Assembly: GCA_963799395.1 (NCBI GenBank) | Contig: CAWCWZ010000063.1 | Coordinates: 1,607-65,606, forward strand | Source of the DNA: an uncultured Actinomycetes bacterium | GTDB taxonomy: Bacteria > Actinomycetota > Thermoleophilia > UBA2241 | Length of the DNA stretch: 64,000 bases | Reading direction: 5' to 3' | Shown: positions 19,868-25,482 of the stretch, one piece after another | How the letters are laid out: each line of letters begins with the position of its first letter | Position numbering within the stretch: position 1 is the first letter of the stretch | Notes under the pieces: generated by a model | Told to the model about the DNA's origin: nothing | The model's database searches: none | What the model saw: the letters and a program-made list of their open reading frames with translations, nothing else | Made by a program: the position numbers and the translations under genes

Positions 19868-21130
19868 GTGGATGCCGACCCCGGTCGATTAGCGCTTTCC
19901 GAACTCGAGTCGATGACGGTCGTCGACGCAGCCGGGGCCGAGCTCGGCGAGCTGCTCGACGTGCTCGCCTCACTTGCTCCCGAACCGCCCGCGGTCACCG
20001 CCTGCATCGTCGGCCGCGACGACGAGCAGCTGCGCGCCTCGTGGGAGCAGATCGGCGAGATCGACGTCGACGGCCGGCGGCTCGTGCTGACGGTGCCGGC
20101 GAGCGAGCTCGCGGCGGCGTCGCTGTCGGGCGAGGAGATCGCCCTGGTCGACGCCGTGCTCGACAACCAGGTGTTAGACGTCGAGCGCCGCAAGTTCATC
20201 CGCGTCCAGGACGTCCTGCTCGAGGTCGGCGAGGACCGCCTCGTGGTGGCCGGCGTCGACGCCTCGAGCGGCGCCGTCATGCGGCGCATCGGTCTGGGCT
20301 TTCTCTCGCGCCGCTTTGCGGCGCGCCCCGGCGACTTCGTGCCCTGGACCGACGTCAATCTCATCTCGGTGCGCCTCTCGCGCGTGAACTTCATCGAGGC
20401 CTTCACCGAGATCGCCAAGCTGCACCCGGCCGACCTGGCCGATGTCATCGGTCAGGTCGGACCCCGCCAGCGCGCCGCCGTGCTCGCGGCGCTGAACGCG
20501 CCTCTGGCCGCCGACACCCTCGAAGAGATGGACGACGAGCTCGTGGCCGCGGCGCTGGTCGAGATGCCGCGCCGCCGGGCCGCCGCCGTCATCAAGCACA
20601 TCGAGCCCGACGACGCCGCCGACATGCTGGCCGACCTCCCCGACGAGGTCGTCGAGGAGATCCTCGCCCGCCTGCCGGCCGACCTGGCGCTGGCGCTGCG
20701 CGGCCTCGCCAGTCACCCCGAGCACTCGGCGGGGGCGCTCATGACGACCGACGTGGTCGCCCTGCCGGGCGCGCTCGGCGCCGCCGCGGCCCTCGTGCGT
20801 ATCCGCGATCAGCAGCCGAGCGACACGGCCCTGGCGGCGATCTTCGTCGTCGACGACGACGGCCGCCTACTGGGCGCCGTGAGTCTCCCCGAGCTCGTGC
20901 TGGCGCCGCCCGAGCAGACCCTCGCGACGCTCATGAACCCCGACTGGCCGCGGGCCGCGGTCGACACCGAAGAGGACGAGGTCGGCCGGCTCATGACCAA
21001 GTACGACCTGCTGGCGCTGCCGGTGACCGACGCCGAGCAGCGCCTGATCGGCATCGTCACCCTCGACGACGCCCTCGACGCCATCGTGCCCGCCGACTGG
21101 AAGAAGCGCCTGCCGCGGCTCTTCCGCTAG
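19868..21130 (+). CDS. soluble MgtE-N domain plus tandem CBS domain protein (no transporter TM domain)
   Basis: 420 aa with an MgtE N-terminal-like acidic helical region (…AALNAPLAADTLEEMDDELVAAALVEMPRRRAAAVIKHIEPDDAADMLADLPDEVVEEILARLP…) and CBS pairs (…AIFVVDDDGRLLGAVSLPELV… and …LLALPVTDAEQRLIGIVTLDD…). Confidence 0.6.
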   Translation: MDADPGRLALSELESMTVVDAAGAELGELLDVLASLAPEPPAVTACIVGRDDEQLRASWEQIGEIDVDGRRLVLTVPASELAAASLSGEEIALVDAVLDNQVLDVERRKFIRVQDVLLEVGEDRLVVAGVDASSGAVMRRIGLGFLSRRFAARPGDFVPWTDVNLISVRLSRVNFIEAFTEIAKLHPADLADVIGQVGPRQRAAVLAALNAPLAADTLEEMDDELVAAALVEMPRRRAAAVIKHIEPDDAADMLADLPDEVVEEILARLPADLALALRGLASHPEHSAGALMTTDVVALPGALGAAAALVRIRDQQPSDTALAAIFVVDDDGRLLGAVSLPELVLAPPEQTLATLMNPDWPRAAVDTEEDEVGRLMTKYDLLALPVTDAEQRLIGIVTLDDALDAIVPADWKKRLPRLFR

Positions 21131-21787
21131 GCCGCGAAGGCGCCGGCGGGCGCCGGGCGGACGTTGCGGCCGGCGCGGGCGGTCGCTAGGCGGGGATGGT
21201 CGCCGGCGCGGCCGGGATCTCCTCGGCTGCTCGGCGGCGCGGCTGCGGCGCGGGGCGGCGATCAGCGTTTCGAGCTCGAGCCGGTAGCGGCCCACGTGGC
21301 CGGCCATGCGCAGCCGCGAAAAGCCGCAGCCTTCGAGGACGGGGGCGTTGAAGAGGTTGAGCTCGCGCAGGTAGCCGGTGAAGCGGTCGTCGGGGCTGGG
21401 GTCGCGCAGCGCGTAGGCTTCGAGGGCGACGATCCGCCGCAGCTTGAGCGCCGCTACCACGTCCTGCAGCAGCATCTGAAAGCCCGGCAGGAACTGCTCG
21501 TCGTAGAAGAAGGCGCAGGCCAGCAGGTAGGAGTCGGCCGACGGCGGTCCGGTCGGCAGGTCGCGCCGCACGAGGGCGGCCGGCGCCGCCTGCATCCAGC
21601 CGAGCACGGCGCCACCGTCGAGCAGGGCCCGGCCGAACATGCCGGCCTCGGCTTCGACTTCGGCCTCCCAGTCCCGCCGCACGGTGGGTTCGGCGGCGGC
21701 CGGGGTCGCCTGCTGCCACCAGGTGCACGCCGCGCAGTCCTGCGGCAGCAGGTCTCGGCTGGCCGCGTTCAGATCGACACAGTTCAC
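20867..21787 (-). CDS. hypothetical protein; Cys-rich N-terminus (CAACTWWQQ) and a GNAT-like core. The C-terminal ~130 codons of the listed ORF are probably not real.
   Basis: The N-terminal ~190 aa look protein-like (…GMFGRALLDGGAVLGWMQAAP…YLLACAFFYDEQFLPGFQMLLQDVVAALKLRRIVALEAYA…). The remainder is Arg/Pro-rich and overlaps the convergent MgtE-N gene by 264 nt. An alternative frame stops at 21186, so a frameshift near 21190..21280 is suspected. Confidence 0.3.
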   Translation of the reverse strand: MNCVDLNAASRDLLPQDCAACTWWQQATPAAAEPTVRRDWEAEVEAEAGMFGRALLDGGAVLGWMQAAPAALVRRDLPTGPPSADSYLLACAFFYDEQFLPGFQMLLQDVVAALKLRRIVALEAYALRDPSPDDRFTGYLRELNLFNAPVLEGCGFSRLRMAGHVGRYRLELETLIAAPRRSRAAEQPRRSRPRRRPSPPSDRPRRPQRPPGARRRLRGLAEEPRQALLPVGGHDGVEGVVEGDDADQALLGVGHRQRQQVVLGHEPADLVLFGVDRGPRPVGVHERREGLLGRRQHELGETHGAQ

Positions 21788-22131
21788 GCGCCGGGCGCGG
21801 ACTCCCAGACGATGTCGTCGACGTGCACGCCGATCTCGTCCAGGTCGATGCCCGTCATGCTGTGCAGGTACGAGCGCACGGCCCGGCGGATCTGCGGCAC
21901 GAGCTGGGGCAGCTTCGCCGCCGGCGTGATGACGATGTGGAGGTCGAGCACGCGACGCCCTTCGCGCTCATCGAGACGCACCGGCCCGAGGCGTTCGAAG
22001 TGCACGCGCTCGCCCAGCGACTGCAGCGTGCTGCGGTGGAGCTCGGCGAGGCCGGGCAGTTCCTTGATCGCGTCCCAGACGTAGGTCGAGATGACCTCGG
22101 GCGAGTAGCTCTTGTCGGCGTTCTCGGTCAC
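21784..22131 (-). CDS. Asp23/Gls24 family (alkaline shock protein 23-like) protein
   Basis: 115 aa (MTENADKSYSPEVISTYVWDAIKELPGL…GVHVDDIVWE). Its stop overlaps the start of the downstream hypothetical gene in an ATGA arrangement. Confidence 0.75.
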   Translation of the reverse strand: MTENADKSYSPEVISTYVWDAIKELPGLAELHRSTLQSLGERVHFERLGPVRLDEREGRRVLDLHIVITPAAKLPQLVPQIRRAVRSYLHSMTGIDLDEIGVHVDDIVWESAPGA

Positions 22132-22189
22132 GGGCGCCTCGCGGGCTCTCGGGCTGCTGGGCGGGCGTTGGGCTGTTGGGCGCCGGTCG

Positions 22190-22262
22190 TGCCGCCGGCG
22201 CCGTGGTCGGTGCCCCGATTATAGTCCGAGCCCGACGCTCGCGTGAACATGAGCGTCGGGCT
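22190..22262 (-). promoter_or_regulatory. putative asp23 promoter: minus-strand TATAAT hexamer (plus 22218..22223) overlapped by a 13 bp inverted repeat
   Basis: On the minus strand a perfect TATAAT lies about 90 nt upstream of the asp23 start, with a weak -35 (TTCACG) at a 19 nt spacing. The inverted repeat GAGCCCGACGCTC-N10-GAGCGTCGGGCT(T) spans the -35 and spacer region. Confidence 0.3.
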
Positions 22263-22290
22263 TGCCGACGAGCACAGGGGGTCGGCCGCG

Positions 22291-22400
22291 GATGGCGTCG
22301 GGCGAACCGTGCGGGGTGGCCCGCGGGTGGCGCCGGCCAGGCGGGTAGGGTGACTCGCGGGTGGCGCCGGGGAACCGTGTGGGGTGCGCGCTACCTTGGA
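22291..22400. repeat. mirrored X-Y ... Y-X short repeats (X=GAACCGTG[C/T]GGGGTG, Y=CGCGGGTGGCGCCGG)
   Basis: The two motifs occur once in the order X-Y and again about 20 nt later in the order Y-X. They lie immediately 5' of the large palindrome. Confidence 0.8.
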
Positions 22401-22435
22401 CAATTGGCCCAGATCTGGCCAATTGTCCAAGGTAG
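22391..22435. repeat. near-perfect 44-45 bp palindrome CTACCTTGGACAATTGGCC(C)AGATCTGGCCAATTGTCCAAGGTAG
   Basis: The 19 nt arms are exact reverse complements. They contain nested palindromes (CAATTG, TTGGCCAA) around a central AGATCT. The only asymmetry is a single extra C next to the centre. Confidence 0.9.
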
Positions 22436-22537
22436 CCGAACGCACACACGCCCTCGGCCGGGCGACCTCTCGTTCGCCTGCGGTCCCGCCCTGCCGCTAC
22501 GAACCAGCCGCGGCCGCCGAAGGCCACCCCGCCACCG

Positions 22538-22610
22538 ATCGAGCCCCGCCGCCGGTCGAGCCCCGCCGCCGGCCGAGCCTCGCCGCCGGGCGCCCGCCGC
22601 CCCGCTGCGC
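22538..22610. repeat. about 3.5 tandem copies of a 17 bp unit GAGCCCCGCCGCCGG(T/C)C
   Basis: The units are directly readable as consecutive degenerate copies. The block is intergenic. Confidence 0.75.
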
Positions 22611-22618
22611 CTCGCCGA

Positions 22619-22647
22619 TTGCCCGGCCGCAGGCCATGGCCTATACT
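22619..22647 (+). promoter_or_regulatory. sigma-70-like promoter for the amidohydrolase gene (-35 TTGCCC, 17 nt spacer, -10 TATACT)
   Basis: Hexamers and spacing read directly. The spacer contains the palindrome GGCCATGGCC. The predicted leader (about 120 nt) contains a CGGGCC-N7-GGCCCG hairpin and the CACATGAC repeats. Confidence 0.4.
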
Positions 22648-22721
22648 CACGGCTCGGTGGTCCGGGGCGCGCGCCACGGGCCATTTTTCGGCCCGTCGTC
22701 AGACCCCTTCTCGCGGACGGC

Positions 22722-22792
22722 CTCACATGACCGCTCTTCACATGACCACGCTCACCTCTCACATGACGGCTCTCTCATGACCTCGCTCTATC
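22722..22792 (+). repeat. four imperfect direct repeats of CACATGAC, the last overlapping the amidohydrolase start codon; together they encode a 17-codon uORF
   Basis: CACATGACCGCTCTT / CACATGACCACGCTCACCTCT / CACATGACGGCTCTCT / CATGACCTCGCTCTAT. The first three ATGs share a frame that translates to MTALHMTTLTSHMTALS, then a TGA that overlaps the main ATG (ATGA). Confidence 0.7.
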
Positions 22793-24211
22793 GCGCCGAA
22801 TGGCTGCTGCCCATCACCGCCCCGCCGGTCCGGAACGGGGCGGTCGCCGTCGACGGCGAGCGCATCGTCGCGGTGGGCACGCTCAACGACGTGCGCGCCG
22901 CCTGCCCCGACGCGGTCGAGGTCGACTTTGGCCGGGCGGTCGTGATGCCGGGGTTCGTCAACGCCCACAGCCACCTCGAGTACACCAGCTTCCGCGGCAT
23001 GTTCGACGACCAGCAGTTCGGCGACTGGATCATCAGCCTGATCGACGTCAAGGCCTCGCTCACCCCCGACGAGTACCTGTGGAGCGCCCGTCTCGGGGCG
23101 CTCGAGGCGCTCGCCTCGGGGGTCACGACCATCGCCGACACCACCTACACCGGCGAGACCCTCACCGCCTCGGCCGAAGCCGGCCTGCGCGGCGTCGCCT
23201 ATCTCGAGGTCTTCGGCGTCGACGACAAGCGTCTCGACGAGACCATCGCCGACCTGCGTCGAGCGCCTCGCGCGGGCCCAGGCGCTGGCGAACCCGCGCC
23301 TCGAGATCGGCATCGCTCCGCACGCGCCCTACACCGTCTCCAGCCGCCTGTTCCAGACGCTCGCCGCCTTCGCCCGCGAGCGTCACCTGAAGGTCGCGAG
23401 CCACGTGGCCGAAAGCAAAGAAGAGGTCGCCTACATCCGCTCCGGCTCGGGCAAGTTCGCCCACGACTACCGCGAGAAGATGGGCTGGGAGCGCATGCTC
23501 ATCCAGCCCTACGGGGTGAGCCCCATCAAGTATCTGCAGCAGTGGGGCCTCTTCGACGAGAACTTCCTGGCCGTGCACTGCGTGCACGCGAGCATCGACG
23601 ACATCCGCATCCTCAAGGCCAAGCGGGTGGCCGTGGCCCACTGCCCCAAGAGCAACGCCAAGACCGGCTGCGGCATCGCCCCGCTGCCCGACCTTCTGCG
23701 CCAGGGCGTGCGGGTCGGCTTCGGCACCGACAGCCCGGCGGCGAGCAACATCATGGACATGTTCGACGAGATGCGCACCGCGCTGTTCCTGCACCGCGGC
23801 GTGGAGCGCGACGTCAGCGTGCTGAACGCCGCCCAGTGCATCCGCATCGCCACGCTCGGCGGGGCCGAAGCCCTGGGCCTCGACGACCGCGTCGGCTCGC
23901 TCGACCCCGGCAAGCAGGCCGATCTGATCGCCGTCGACGTCTCGAGCTCGCACTTCGTGCCGATCGACGACCCCTGCTCGGCTCTCGTCTACGGCGCCAA
24001 TCAGGACGACGTGCTGTTCACCTGCGTCGCCGGCGAGCCGCTCTACCAGGAGGGCGGGTTCCCGCGGCTCGACGCCCACGCCATCCGCGCCGAGAGCCGC
24101 AAGGTGCGCGCCAAGCTGCAGGCCCGGGTGGGCGAGGGCAGGGTCCGGGTCGGCGCCGCCGAATCCGGCTGGTGGCACAACCCGGCCGCGACAGACAAGA
24201 GGGAGAGCTGA
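22777..24211 (+). CDS. amidohydrolase-superfamily deaminase (chlorohydrolase / MtaD-like), interrupted by a +1 frameshift near 23255..23262
   Basis: The N-terminal half (MTSLYRAEWLLPI...MPGFVNAHSHLEY...) is in the frame of ORF 22384..24918. The remainder (VERLRAGQALANPRLEIGIAPHAPYTVSS...HVAESKEEVAYIRS...HCVH...GTDSPAASN...) is in the frame of ORF 23405..24211. The total length is not a multiple of 3. Confidence 0.75.
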
Positions 24212-24868
24212 TGCTCCTCAACCGCCAACGCGTGAAGTTCTGGCAGAAGATCGTCTTCGGCTTCATGGCGGTCCTCATGGCCGGCTTCCTGATCTTCGGC
24301 TACTCGGGCGTCATCCAGGGCTGCAGCGGGAATACCGTGAACTCGGGCAACAGCTCGCTCGACAGCCAGGTCAAGGCCGCCCTCGCCAGCCTCAAGAAGA
24401 ACCCCAACGACCCCACGGCGCTGCTCGGGGCGGCACAGGGCTACCAGTCGGCCGGGGTACGTCCAGAACGGCCTGCCCTCACCCAAACAGTCGAACGACC
24501 TGACCAGGGCACTCGGCTACTACGATCGCTACCTGAAGCTGCCCGACTCGGTACTTGGGGCGGCGGCGGTGGGCCTGCGCGTCAAGGCTCTCCTGGCGGA
24601 GGCCCCGATCTACAACGAGCTCATCGACTACAAAAGCGCGGTCGCCACCTACAAGAAGATACTCAAGCTGGAGCCGGGCTACTCCGACGCCTACCTGGGG
24701 ATCGCCTCCAGCGACGTCGCGGCCGGCAATACCGCCGACGCGATCGCCGCCTTCACGAAGTTCCTCAAGCTCGCCCCGCACTCGCAGTACGCGACCGAGG
24801 TCAAGAACGAGCTCGCCCAGCTTCAGGCGGCGGCGTCGGCGTCGCCCTCGCCCAGCGCCACGCCCTGA
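24211..24868 (+). CDS. membrane-anchored TPR-repeat protein, interrupted by a +1 frameshift in a GGGG run near 24454..24457
   Basis: The ATG overlaps the amidohydrolase stop (TGATG). The N-terminus with a TM helix (MLLNRQRVKFWQKIVFGFMAVLMAGFLIFGY...) is in one frame. The TPR-like remainder (YVQNGLPSPKQSNDLTRALGYYDRYLKL...AYLGIASSDVAAGNTADAIAAFTKFLKLAP) is in ORF 24569..24868. Confidence 0.55.
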
Positions 24869-24914
24869 GGTGCGGGCACACGTCCGCCCCGCGGCACGAT
24901 AGAATGAGAGCACG

Positions 24915-25259
24915 ATGACCGACTTTTCTTCAGAACGCTCCGTAGCCGGCGACGGCCTTGGCGTGATCGAGCTCACCGGCGAGGTCGACCTCTACACCGC
25001 TCCGCGGTTCAAGGACGACCTCCTCGCCCTCATCGACGAGGGCGTCGTGCGCATCGTCATCGACCTCTCGCAGGTGACGTTCATCGACTCCACCGCCCTC
25101 GGCGTGATCATCGGCGGGGTCAAGCGCCTGCACGAGCACGACGGGCGCCTCGCCCTGGTCGCTTCGTCGCGGCCGGTCGAGCGCATCCTCGACATCACCG
25201 GCCTCGACAGGGTGCTGACCATCTTCGACACCCGCGAGGCGGCCCTGGCCGGCATCTGA
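24915..25259 (+). CDS. STAS-domain anti-sigma-factor antagonist (SpoIIAA/RsbV-like)
   Basis: 114 aa with a typical STAS fold signature (…LTGEVDLYTAPRFKDDLLALI…IDLSQVTFIDSTALGVIIGGVKRL…). A TAGAAT -10 hexamer lies about 9 nt upstream of the ATG, which suggests a leaderless transcript. Confidence 0.8.
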   Translation: MTDFSSERSVAGDGLGVIELTGEVDLYTAPRFKDDLLALIDEGVVRIVIDLSQVTFIDSTALGVIIGGVKRLHEHDGRLALVASSRPVERILDITGLDRVLTIFDTREAALAGI

Positions 25260-25482
25260 GGGCGGGCGCCGGCGCCCCGCGCGGGTGCCGTGGGAGCCTG
25301 TCCGGGGCGACGTCGGGGCCTGTTCGAGGCGACGTCGGGCCCGCCACCGGGTGAGGTCGGGGCGGCATCGGGGCATACCGTAGTCCGCCGCCGTCGTCGC
25401 CACCTGCATATCGACAAGCCGCCCGCGACGGTGGTACAAGTCGCCTACCCTTTCGTCAGAGCGACCAGGATGGATCCCGCCC

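Noticed and set aside
22538-22610. Tandem 17-mers as a possible CRISPR array
   Set aside because: The units are contiguous with no spacers, and are far too short and degenerate. There are no cas genes. I classified them as a simple tandem repeat.
22384-24918. 844-codon plus-strand ORF
   Set aside because: It is a chimera. It begins in intergenic repeats, runs through the amidohydrolase N-terminal half, drifts out of frame, and then reads the TPR-protein N-terminus. The individual genes were split out instead.
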